From NCBI RefSeq assembly GCF_020745735.1, contig NC_083409.1:14254760-14318759 (forward strand): a stretch of DNA of 64,000 bases. The letters run 5' to 3'. Of this stretch, positions 33,216 through 44,634 are shown piece after piece. Numbering within the stretch: the first letter of the stretch is position 1; each line of letters opens with the position of its first letter. The translations under genes and the position numbers were made by a program. The notes below the pieces were generated by a model that saw nothing but the letters and a program-made list of their open reading frames with translations, searched no databases and was not told the DNA's origin. The DNA is from Hemiscyllium ocellatum (taxonomy: Eukaryota).

Positions 33216-35879
33216 AAATAAAACTGTGCTGCCCTGAAAGCCTGAGTCTGCATCTCAGCTCGGAAGGATATCAACTAATTCATCAAAATTGGTCCTGCCC
33301 CTTCACAGCCTAGTCAGGCTGCCTGTGCCTTTCCATCACTCCCAGGTTTTCCCTTGTGCCACAGCTCATTCTCCTGAGAGTTGGCTATACTCAGGCCCAG
33401 CACATGATCTTGTCCCACTGTCAGATCCTCTTCGAGAAACTCATGGCTCACCATTGCCATCTCCTGGGCAATTGGAGAAGGGTAATAAATAGCAGACAGG
33501 TCAATACATTCCCCATCCCAAGAGAAATAATAAAAAAAACGATGTAGAATTCAAATGATCAAACTGGTGGAAGATGGAGTGGATCCGTGATTAAATTTCA
33601 CGTGATACTTGCTGTATCAAGTTCAAGGTGAACTTAAGGTGATCTCTGCTGTATTCAGATCAATTCTCATGGTTAACTTTCTCTCCAAACCGATTCTAAT
33701 TTGAGTGTTGCTGAAAAACAAAACATTTTGTTGAAGCTTTTTGTCTTGCATGCATCAGGACAATTTGCAAGAATTGCCACAGCAAAGGGAAACAATATTT
33801 AAACTGGTGTGTTCATAGTGACAACACCTCAGTCTGTCAGCACTTTCCTCTCATGCAATATAAATGTTGTTTTTATCTCTTTCGATTGGAGTTTTGCAAT
33901 TGCCCTGATGAGGGAAAAACAAAAAGCTTCCACAATATTCTCAAATAATTATTTGATCGTAATTTACTCTTTGTCTGTAATTGTCTGTCCCATTTTGAAT
34001 GGAGGTCTCAGTTTATCAGCACTCACTAAATTCCAATCTCTGCATCAAAATATTTTTCCTGATCTCCTTCCTGTACCTGGTGTTTGACCACAGAATGTGT
34101 CATTTTGCCTTTCTGTTTGCCATCATTGACAGAAAATCTACATTTACTGTGTTGATTTCATTAAGGAATTTTGAATATCAGAATTCCCTCCCTCCCTCCT
34201 CGAGATCCTGTTCTGGTGTTTCCTTGTAACCTAGATCCCCTATCCCTGGACCATTCTGCATTGCACCTCATAGAAGCCCCTAACTGTCCACCATATTCCA
34301 GATGTGACCTAACCATTCTTCAGTACAGCTGTCCTGGCCACTCTCCCCTCCATCTCCTCACTCTCAATATTCATTCCAAAGTCCCAGTGGAATTTCCCAT
34401 GTCTTATTCTGAAAATTTTCCCAATTTTAAGCATTTATGTCACTGGCCATCCTTTCTTACCCGCTGCAGTACATTGTTTACAATATGAGCTGCACTTCAT
34501 CATTTATTGTTCTGAGTCATTACAAGCAGGAAAGCTTCTTACCAACTCTCAGTAGAGAAACTCAGTTAATCCCATTGCCCTGCTCTATCCCAATCGCTTT
34601 AATTGTATTTCTGGTGTATTCAACTACATTACAGTCTTATGCCCACTAATGGCTTTCTGTCGTCTCTTGAGTTCTTCCTGATAATTTTTTTTTGCAGTTT
34701 AGTGACATTGTCTTTGTACCCGTTTGTTAGACCTTTGCAATTCATATTGTGCCTGATCCCAGTGCCAGTCGTTGGGGCACTCCACCTTGTAATCTGAAAA
34801 AGCAGGCTCCAGTCTTTCAAAGAGATTAATTCAAGCCTCCCCCAGGTTAATCATTTGAATTGTCCCTCATTCATTTTGATTTCTCCTGGGATGGGGAAAG
34901 CGTTGATGTGTCTGCTATTGGTTGCCCTTCCCTAATTGTCCTGGAGAGGGCGGTGGTGAGCAATTTAATATCTGGGAAGGACGGCGCTGGGATGTGTCCA
35001 AACAAAAACCATGAAACTCAATGTCATTTTATGTATGTTCTTTAGGCAAGGGAATCCAGTCATCACCCAGACTGTGATTCCAGTCCCACAGTGACATGAT
35101 TCATTCTTAACGGCCCCATGATCTGGCTCAGCAAAGAACTCAGTCTGAACTGCTGGAGATGGGCAATAAATATGAGGCTTGTCAATGACATTAACACCCT
35201 GAGAAGGAATAATGCTGCTCTTTGCTGTCTGCCTTTTAGCCTCTGAGCCACCACACTCTCGCTGGTAAGGGTCTCTAATCCTCTCACATTAATATATTAA
35301 ATGATGGCAATATGTGAAGAGCTTTTATTTTGAATTGTCAGTTCTCTTTTCCCATGCCTCTCTCCTCTTCAGGGGGGAGGGAGGGAAAACAGCTTTTGAA
35401 CTAGGATACTTATCACAGCCCAATGAAAATGTCTCCTGTGATATGATTATCTTCACAGTGTGCTGTTTTGTTCATTCTGTGATACACGTAGACAATGTCA
35501 GTATTGAGTGGGACAAAGTATATTTCCTCCTCTAACCCCTTTCCAACACACCCTCTCCATCTTGCTTTACTCCTTATTGACTCTTCTACAATTGTCCCTG
35601 TTCCCTCACTCCCTCCCGGTCCCAGAGGGATTGATGGTCGGAGTTCATGACCCTGCACTGTGTGAAGGTTGGTGTAAAGTGAGGCCAGTGTGTTGGAGAT
35701 TGGGCTCCTGCCTCAGGCCCAGGTGTAAGGACCTGTTAAACAATCTGCACATTGTCCTTTGTCTGTTTGTGAATGAACTGGATCGAGTTGCAGTAACGAG
35801 CTGGTAACAAGGTGTCTTGTCTAAAATGTTCCCAGCATTGGGCACAGAACTGGCTGAGTCAGAGGAAACTGAGATTAGT

Positions 35880-36930
35880 GGTGTAAGAAGTGTTTTCAGG
35901 ATGGAGGGCTAGTGGTGTTTTACAGGGTTCAGTGGTGGGAACTCTGCTGTTCATGGTCTACATAAATGATTTGGAGGAAAATGTAGCTGGTCTAATTAAA
36001 AGGTTTACAGCTGATACAAAGATTGGTAGAGTCACAGATAATGAGAAGGATTGTCAGAGGATACAGCAGGATATAGATCAGTTGGATGCACGGACAGAAA
36101 AATGGCAGATGTAGTTTAATCCAGACAAATGTGAGGTGATGCATTTTGAAAGGTGATGTCCAGGTGGGAATTATACAGTGAATGGCAGAATACTTTGGGG
36201 TATTGATATGCAGAGAGATCTGGGTGTGTATGTTCACAGATCACTGAAGGTGGCAGCACAGGGAGGTAAGGTTGTGAAAAAGGCTTATGGCCTGCTTGCC
36301 TTCATTGGAAGGGGCATTGAGTGTAAGGATAGACAAGTCATGCTGCAGCTTTATAGAACTTTAGTTTGGCCACACTTGGAATAGTGCACACAGTTCTGGT
36401 CACCACACTATCAGAAGGATGTGGATGCTTTGAAGATGGTGCAGAAAATGGTCACCAGGATATTGTCTGGTATGGGGGATTTTAGTTCTGAAGAAAGGTT
36501 GGAGAGACTGGGTTTGTTTTCACCAGAATGAGGGAAAATAAGGTGTGACCTGATAGAAGTTTATGAAGTTTTGAATGGCATAGGTAGAGTGGAAAATATG
36601 AGGCTTTTTCCCAGGATGGAGGGGTCACTTACTCGGGGACAGAGGTTCAAGGTGCGGGGGGAGGGGGGAATTTAAAAGAGATGTGCGAGGCAAGTATTTC
36701 ACACAAAGGGAGTTGAGTTCCTGGAACACCCTGCCAGAGGAGGGGGTGGAAGCAGACACAATAGAACTATTCAAGAAATACTTGCACGAATGCATGAATA
36801 GGACGGGAATAGGGGGATATGAATCCTGTATGTGAAGACAGTTTCAATATGGAAGGGCATAATGTATCAGCACAGGTTTGGAGGGCCGAAGGGCCTGTTC
36901 CTGTGCTGCATTGTTCCTTGTTCTTTGGTC
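35880..36930 (+). mobile_element. CR1 LINE, 5'-truncated (RT C-terminal half to tail)
   Basis: SGVLQGSVVGTLLFMVYINDL...FTADTKIG; QLYRTLVWPHLE. Confidence 0.92.
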
Positions 36931-37035
36931 CATGCTGTTGAATTGGATTCTCGGGAGCCAGCTCCATATGAAAAGCCTGTTCTCATTCTTTTGTTGGAGT
37001 TCATGGGGAGCTGCTGCTTCCTTGCTACGTCACTT

Positions 37036-37469
37036 GCTGGTCGTGTCGTTTCGTGGCTAGTTGGTGTTCATGGATGCGGATCGTTAGCTGTCTTCCTGTT
37101 TGTCCTATGTAGTAGGATCAGCTATCCTTAGTAGCCACACACGCAGATGACAAGCAACATGAATTCGACGGGGACAACATTCCTATTATAGGACAAGCCA
37201 AACAGAGAACAGCCAGGGAATTCCTAGAGGCATGGCATTCATCCGCAGATTCAATCAATAAGCACATCGACCTGGACCCAATATACCGACAACTGCAGTG
37301 GACAGCTGGAACTGACAACCGGAAGCGGCAGGTACAAACCACTACAAATGCTGGAGGAAAGATCACAGAAGCGCTTCACAGGAGGCTCCCAAGCACTGAG
37401 GATGTCACCTAGACAGGGGACGAAACATCTGCAACACAAATTCCCAGCTCGGTGAACAGAACCACAACA
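37036..37469 (+). mobile_element. Second-family Penelope-like 3' fragment with an inverted 5' segment
   Basis: 37036-37114 reads YIGQTGRQLTIRIHEHQLATKRHDQ on the minus strand, and 37119 onward continues QLSLVATHADDKQHEF on the plus strand. Confidence 0.85.
37393..37432 (+). ncRNA. Minimal hammerhead-like motif of the second Penelope family
   Basis: GCA-CTGAGGA-T-GTC-A-CCT-AGAC-AGG-G-GAC-GAAA-C-ATC-TGC. Stems I and II pair. ACAT replaces the palindromic ACGT. Confidence 0.65.
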
Positions 37470-38074
37470 GCCTCTTGATATTTTAAATACACTGTCTGCA
37501 AGAAAATGCTTGGCAGAGGTTTTAACATTGTTTAATAAGACAAAGATGTAAATACACCAGTTTGTTTACGGCAATGAGCGTTTAACATCATGGTCCTTGT
37601 TTTAATGGACCCTCCCTCATGGCAATACATTTTACAATGTTTCTCTCCCCTTACATGTTGTTAAGAGGTTTGCAAACGTGTTTTGATGAGGACAGTGCAT
37701 CTTCAACACCATTTGGCGGGGTGGGTGTCTGTTTGAATTCTCACTTGTAATAACACAGTTTTGAATGTGTCAGGGTTACTTTCAGCACTCTATGGGAGTG
37801 TCGCTGTCACTAACCCCACCCCACCCTTCCCTCTTGGGGTAATACTATTTTTCGCATCATTTTGGACACCTTTGGGGGGGGAGCGACTTACCAGGGCCAT
37901 TCAGTGGGGTGCAGGTCTCTGGCACAGAGTCTGACCCTGTTGCACAGAAGGGAAGGAGAGAAAGGAGGACAGCGTTAGTCATTGGGAACTCAATAGTTCG
38001 AGGGCCAGATAGAAGGTTTGTTGGGAATGAATGAGATTCACGTTTGGTGTGTTGGACCCAGGTGCCAGGCTGAA

Positions 38075-39160
38075 AATGTGTGGCTGGAAAAGCACAGCAG
38101 GTCAGACAGTATCCAAGGAGCAGGAGAATTGATGTTTCGGGCATGAGCCCTTCTTCAGGAATGAAGAAAGTGTGCCCAGCAGGCTAAGATAAAAGGTAGG
38201 GAGGAGGGACTTGGGGGAGGGGTGTTGGAAATGCGATAGGTGGAAGGAGGTTGAGGTGAGGGTGATAGGCCGCAGTAGGGGTGGGGGCGGAGAGGTCAGG
38301 AAGAAGATTTCAGGTTAGGAAGGTAGTGCTGAGTTTGAGGGTTGAGACTAAGACAAGATGGGGGAAGGGGAAATGAGGAAACTGGAGAAATCTGAGTTCA
38401 TTCCTTGTGGTTGGAGGGTTCCTAGGCAGAAGATGAGGTGCTCTTCCTCCAGCCATCGTGTTGCTATGGTCTGGAGATGGAGGAGTCCAAGGACCTAATG
38501 TTCTTGGTGGAGTGGGAGGGGGAGTTGAAGTGTTGAGCCACGAGGTGGTTGGTCCGGGTGTCCCAGAGGTGTTCTCTGAAACGTTTCGCAAGTAGGTGGC
38601 CTGTCTCCCCAATATAGAGGAGGCCACATCGGGTGCAGCGGATACAGTAAATGATGTGTGTGGAGGTGCAGGTGAATTTGTGGCGGATATGGAAGGATCC
38701 TTTGGGCCCTTGGAGGGAAGTAAGGGGGGAGGTGTGGGCGCAAGTTTTGCATTTCTTGCGGTTGCAGGGGAAGGTGCCAGGAGTGGAGGTTGGATTGATG
38801 GGGGTGTGGACCTGACGAGGGAGTCATGGAGGGAGTGGTCTTTTCGGAACGCTGATGGGGGAGGGGAGGGAAATATATCCCTGGTAGTGGGGTCCATTTG
38901 GATGTGGCAGAAGTGACGATGGATGATACGATGTATATGGACGTTGGTGGGGTGGTAGGTGAAGACCAGTGGGGTTCTGTCCTGGTAGCGGTTGGAGCAG
39001 TCTTTGAAGAAGGAGGCCATCTGGATTGTATGGTATTCCTTCTTCAAAGACCGCAATTTCCTCCCAGACGTGATAGACGATGTTCTCCACTGCATTTCCT
39101 CCACTTCCTGCTCCTCTGCCCTTGAGCCCCGCCTCTCCAATCACACAGGACAGAACCCCA
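38075..39160 (-). mobile_element. Penelope-like element, intermediate age, same superfamily as 24452-25738
   Basis: QMASFFKD...RTPLVFTYHPTN...HDSLVRSTPP, frameshifted. Terminal repeat at about 38075-38200. Confidence 0.9.
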
Positions 39161-39829
39161 CTGTATCTTTCCCCACAAATGCTGACTAAACTTGATGGGT
39201 ACTTTCAGACAATCCTGTTTAGATCAGACACTTTGTGGGAGTGTTATCGGACAAAATAAAATCACCATGGGCCATATAAGGCATTACGAAACAAGATGAC
39301 CCAAAGCTTTATTGAAGGATAGGTTTTAAGGAGCAGCATGAAGGATGAAAAAGAGACAGAAAGGCAGTTTCAGAGCTTAGGGCCTCGACAGCTGAGGGGA
39401 CTGTCTTCAATGGTGAAATAAATAGGTAGCACAGCCACAATAAGAGACAGGCTGCATGAGTTGTCCATCTCCCAGCAGCTGAGTCAGTTCACCCGGCAGT
39501 TAATCTCTCCTCTCCTGCCTTACCCTACCTCAGGTCATGTGGCATGTAAAAACCCGTAATCTGTTTTCCCCTCGCATGTTTGTGGTGTCTGGGTACCATT
39601 TACTGCCTGTCCCTAATAGCCCTGGAGAATGGGGTATATGGAGTGTACATTGCATGGGTACACACACTGCTGTTGGAGATGGAGTTACAAGATCTGTATC
39701 TCACCACAGTAGAAGAACACTGATATATTTCCACGTCTGCTGCCCTTGGGCTTCTGGATGGTGAGGCCATGGGTTTGGAGTATGGGTGATTTATTGCAGC
39801 GCGGTAAACCTTGTGATTGAAGGAAGATC

Positions 39830-40300
39830 ATTGATGTAGCAGTGAAGATCATAGAGACCCTTCAGTCCAACTTGTCCATGCTGGCAGGATATCCTAACCT
39901 AATCTAGTCCCATTTGCCAGCACTTGGCCCATATCCCTCTTAACCCTTCCTATGCTTTTATCCATCCAGATGCCTTTTAAATGCTGTAATTGTACCAGCT
40001 TCCACCACTTCCTGTGGCAGCTTATTTCATACATGCACCACCTTCTGCGTGAAAAAGTCGCCTCTTAAGTTCATTTTATATCGTTCCCCTCTACCCTAAA
40101 ACTGTGCCCTCTAGTTTTGGACTTCCTGATCCCAGGGAAAAGACTTTGTCTATTCACCCTATCCATGCCCCTCATAATTTTATAAACCTCTATAAGGTCA
40201 GCCCTCAGCCTCCGACGCTTCAGGGAAAACAGCCTCAGCCTAATGAACAAGGGCATATCATTTGCAATCCTCCAGTCCTCTGGTACTAAACCCCACTGAA
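39830..40300 (-). mobile_element. CR1 LINE 3' fragment
   Basis: LRLFSLKRRRLRADLIEVYKIMRGMDRVNRQSLFPG. Confidence 0.88.
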
Positions 40301-40550
40301 AAGGGAAATGCTGTTTGAAGCTTTTAATTTTGTTCTGATCAGGACAGAATTGGAAGAATACCAAATCTCAAAGGATTATGTTGATTTTGTGGCAGACCTT
40401 AGTCCTTGCGTTCTGGTTTTCTTTGTTTTGCTTTTGCATGTGCCTTCACGTTTTTTGATGTTGGACTGAGTCCCCTGTGAGATAATGCACCTTCCCAGAG
40501 GAAAGATTCCTCTGTGGGTCAGCCTGGTCCTTTGTGAGTGGACTAGACCT

Positions 40551-40666
40551 AGGGCTTATGCTCGAAACGTCGAATTCTCTATTCCTGAGATGCTGCCTAA
40601 CCTGCTGTGCTTTAACCAGCAACACATTTTCAGCTCTAATCTCCAGCATCTGCAGACCTCATTTTT
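40551..40666 (+). mobile_element. Short Penelope terminal-repeat fragment
   Basis: About 115 nt. Overlaps in sequence with the terminal repeat at 24452-24536 (opposite strand). Confidence 0.9.
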
Positions 40667-40789
40667 TACTCTTTGGAAAGACTGAACACCTGTGTGTGCG
40701 CTGGGAGGTGAGCATTTGCTGCTTCCTGGATTGGACCCTGGGTTGGATGGGTCACTACTTCCTCGGGAAGAGCTCATTCATTCATCAGC

Positions 40790-41360
40790 GCTGCTGGAGG
40801 CGGGGTCAGTGACGTCACGCCACCCACCACGTGGTATTTGCTCACGTGATCACAGGGACCACCCCCTGCTGGTCTTATGCCTCAACATGGCGCAAATGAA
40901 TCGATTGGTCCTTATTCGGTAAAAAAAAGTTGAACAGACTGAAGTAAAACCGATTATTCAAGCTGTACTTATATTTAAAATAGTAGTTTATAATAATTGG
41001 AGTGCGACCGATTCCGTTGCCTTGCACGAATTCCTCCTTTTCCCTCAGTGGGGGAGGGTATTCTCTGTGTCCGTGTATTGTTTGGGAGGTGGACCCGCCG
41101 ATGCCGGCTCCGGGGTTGACCGGGACAGCGGGGGAATGACGTTTTAGAGAAAGCCGTGAGGTTACCCGCTGCGGTGTCATTGCGCAGGCGCGGTACAATA
41201 GGACGCGATGTCATTGCGCAGGCGTGGGATTACAGGCCTGAGATCGTGCGCAGGCGCGCTTCTGTCGGCCAATGTGTCGTTGCGCAGGCGCAGCATGACC
41301 GGCCACGGTGCACGAGTCTTTGGATCGCGGGGAATTCAAAATGGAACGGCCCAGTGTCAG
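40790..41360. promoter_or_regulatory. CpG-island promoter
   Basis: Dense CpG in an otherwise CpG-depleted window. GC box GGCGGG near 40799, CRE TGACGTCA at 40810-40817, E-boxes CACGTG at 40828-40833 and 40843-40848, four TGCGCAGGCG(C/T) sites at 41181-41292. Confidence 0.85.
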
Positions 41361-41808
41361 AGAGAACAGCCCAGTGAGGCTTGGAGCTCCTCTCAGAGTC
41401 AAATCTAACACCAAGACTGTCCAGACTGGCTTCAACTACTGTTGTAATGGAGACTGGATTCAAAGCAATTACTTTAATCTACAGTTGGAGGAAATCCCTG
41501 CTCATCTGTGATTACGGAAAACAAAAATGTAGTGGATGTGTGTGTCCTGCTGGTGCAGCATTATTGTTCACACCGAGTTACCTTTGAGTAGGTGGCAGTG
41601 GGCTGTCTTGAACCACTGCAGTGTGTGAGCTGTAGGTAGATCCGCAGTGCCCTTGGGTGGAGTTCCTGGATATTGAACCAGTGATAGTGAAGGAGTGTCA
41701 GTATATTTCTAAGTTAGGATGGTGAGTGGCTTGAAGGGGAATTTGCAGGTAGTAGTTTTCCCATATATCTGACTTTGTTCCTTTAGATGGAAGGTTTTAG
41801 TTTTGAGT

Positions 41809-41926
41809 AAAAAGTGAGGTCTGCAGATGCTGGAGATCACAGCTGAAAATGTGTTGCTGGTCAAAGCACAGCAGGCCAGGCAGCATCTCAGGAATAGAGA
41901 ATTCGACGTTTCGAGCATAAGCCCTT
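41809..41926 (-). mobile_element. Short Penelope terminal-repeat fragment, inverted partner of 40551-40666
   Basis: 6 mismatches in about 115 nt versus the reverse complement of 40551-40666. Confidence 0.9.
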
Positions 41927-43078
41927 TTATTTTTGAAGCAGCTGTTCAATAACTGTCATAGTTGAGGAGGGAATAAAGGTTAAATTCATTGGCTACAAAC
42001 ACATCCATAGAATTGGGACTAAATGAGAACAGCCCCTGAGCTGCCGGCTGGATACCAGAGGAGAGGTGTTTTAGGAGGATTGTGTGGTAGATGGAGATGT
42101 GTGTAGATTGAGATGGAGAAAAATACAATTTACTTTGGTCATCGTGTTGGATATGACTTGGATAAGAGTCATTTAAAAATTGTGGCAAATTACGAACTTG
42201 ATTGTAAGGATTTACATATCGAATTTGGGAAAGATGAGCACAGATTTGAGGCAACAACATATGTTATATGAAAATTAGCAGGCACTGATGTTAAAGTACA
42301 GATTTGAGATGGCCCAGGGAATCCCTTGTGACCTCAGACCTGTAAGCCTCTCTTGGTTTGTCCTGGCGATCGTACTGAGTCTGGCATAGCCTGGAATAAA
42401 ACCATCTTACAGACAGTTTAGTTTAATTTTAGTCTTCCCCTTTATTTACCAATAACATCACTGTTACAACATAACACTGGTACTTATTAGCTAAACTAGT
42501 TAAGGTTCTAAACCTGAGGAGAGTAGTGACCAGCTCTCTCCTGTCACAAACAGGGTTCCTTGATACAAAATTTTACAAAAACACTGCATTTGATTAGATT
42601 TAAACACTTCATTAGACAGACAACATTGGAAAGGCAGTTATTCATAAGGAAGAGAAGTTAATTGACAGGTCTGTGTGCGCCTAATTGATCACTCCTACAG
42701 CCCGGAGCCATCCATCAGGTGGGAAAAACAGATTCAGCCGAGTCAGGCACCTGTTGGTGAGACAAGTCCTTTCTATAAGGAGGCACCAGTCAAAACTAAG
42801 TGGGAGAAGTCATAAGGTAACCTCGCATGTCAGGTCTCATGTTTCACAAAATGGCTTCTTAGCTAGGGAAGGCAAACTTTGACTGTTAAAAACTGGCTTC
42901 CTCATAGATTGTGTCAGAATCTCTTCAATGTTGGGTTAGAATAATTTTTAAACTAGGAGCAGACTCTTGCTTTTTATCTTAAGAAAACAATCATTCTGAA
43001 CCTGAGGCTGAATTGTTTCTGTAAGGTTGTATTTCAAATGATTCATTTGTCTCGAATTAGACATATTTTTCTTTTCAG

Positions 43079-43157
43079 GGTTCTGATTCAAATTCAAAGA
43101 GGATATCAATCTGGCTTGTTAGAATTGACAGTGGGGCAGTCATGGTCTGTAAGAACA
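43079..43157 (+). other. Candidate 79-nt internal exon of unknown identity
   Basis: Acceptor tttttcttttcag| and donor |gtaagt, with two open frames. No recognisable product. Confidence 0.35.
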
Positions 43158-43986
43158 GTAAGTAACTTAAAGCTTTGTCAGCATTACCTTTTACAGAATT
43201 TGCATTTTGTACGATGGTTTCTCAAAATAATCATAAAGTCCCAAAATACAATTAAGTTCAAAACAAGGGTTATAGAGATAACACCGGAATAGGATACTGA
43301 TTGTGGATAATCAGCCATGGCCATAATAAATGGTGGTGCCAGCTCGAATGGCCGAATGGCCTACTCCTGCACCTGTTTTCCATATTGAATCCACAACAGG
43401 TAAGCGTGCATTCAAACCAAACCACAGTTAATTTTCTATTTGCTTTGGCAATCTCAGCGTTATAATGTTGTTGTTCTCTCATTCTCTCTCTCTAGTGTCT
43501 TTTTGAACACCCAGGTTAGGGACTGTAACCGAATAATGTTTTTCCCTTTCTGTCTACCGAGCCTGCAAGGGTAATAAGAATCCAGTATAATTGCTATGAC
43601 CTGACCATTAATTACAAGGCTTTTGACATGCTTGCAGGATGATACCAAGTCAGAGATCAGAATTAAACACTGTCATTAATTTCACAAGTGAACACACGTG
43701 AATGTTATCACTCTGTGTCCTGTTTACACAGATTCATTCCTGTTAAGGCACATGTTCTTAATTACTTTGGAGCATCCTGTTACCACTTGGTGAGAACAGG
43801 TGTTTTTATCTTCTGCACATCCTGGGTTCCCCCTTTTGTGGCCTGGTGCCTCCCTGGCTTTCCTGTTTATTTTCTACGGTGCAACAAATATGTTTTATAA
43901 TTCAACATTAACATTTAGTCAATGTTTTAAGGCTATAAATTTTCTCATTCCCTCCTTTTGTCATTTCATGACAACTACATAGCTCA

Positions 43987-44634
43987 TTATACAAATATAA
44001 TGAGTCCATTTAGTCTTTGTATTCTCAATAATTTGTGCTTCCTCTTGCGAGTCATTGTCCGGAGGATCAGAGCGGAAAGATACTGGATTTCATTGGAGTC
44101 GTTCAGACGTGGAGCTACAGGGGTAGGCAAGGGTCGATTAACAAGATTGCTTTTCGCCTTAGCCAAAGAGGAATGTATGGTCCATTCCATGCACAAGTGG
44201 ACAACACTGTATATTCCTCGGATGAGACTGAGGACTATCAGTACGTTCCACGTGATCCATCCACACAGCGACCAAAGCCAGCAAGGAACACTCCATCCAT
44301 ATGGATCGGACAATGGTTGGGCAGGTATCTTCCCTGCACCTTGACCCGTTTTGTTGATAACATCTATGTTGTCCAAAATGTCTTTAGCGAAATCATTGAT
44401 GTAGATGCAACATTGCGGGCCAATAACAGAACAAGCACCTCCTCCTTTAGCAAGGAGGAAATGTAGCACTAGCCAATTCTGAAGTGTTACCATCCAGGTC
44501 TCCTGTACCTCTTTGTTTACCAGCTTCAAAGCGTGGGCAGTTGAGTTGGCAAGTTTTCCGATGTCGTACGCAAGGTCAGTTGTCTGATCTCGGGCCTTCT
44601 CAACATCCCAGCCAGGAGTAAGGCCTCCCAGCAA
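43987..44634 (-). pseudogene. env: ERV env transmembrane subunit (gamma-type), open over 215 codons
   Basis: Heptad region, immunosuppressive-domain-like LQNWLVLHFLLAKGGG, CX6CC (CSVIGPQCC) and a hydrophobic anchor WITWNVLIVLSLIRGIYSVV. Confidence 0.9.

Larger units (their letters stand above)
33660..37760 (-). repeat. Right arm of the inverted segmental duplication
   Basis: See the left arm. Interrupted by a CR1 (35880-36930) and a Penelope fragment (37036-37469) that are absent from the left arm. Confidence 0.88.

Noticed and set aside
35002-35010. Perfect RSS nonamer ACAAAAACC
   Set aside because: No heptamer 12 or 23 nt upstream.
41341-41511. ORF MERPSVRENSPV... downstream of the NRF1 array
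   Set aside because: Short, unspliced, with no recognisable homology or strong donor.
40860-43160. Identification of the CpG-island gene as a known kappa-linked gene such as RPIA or SUCLG1
   Set aside because: No candidate exon translates to recognisable sequence of either protein.
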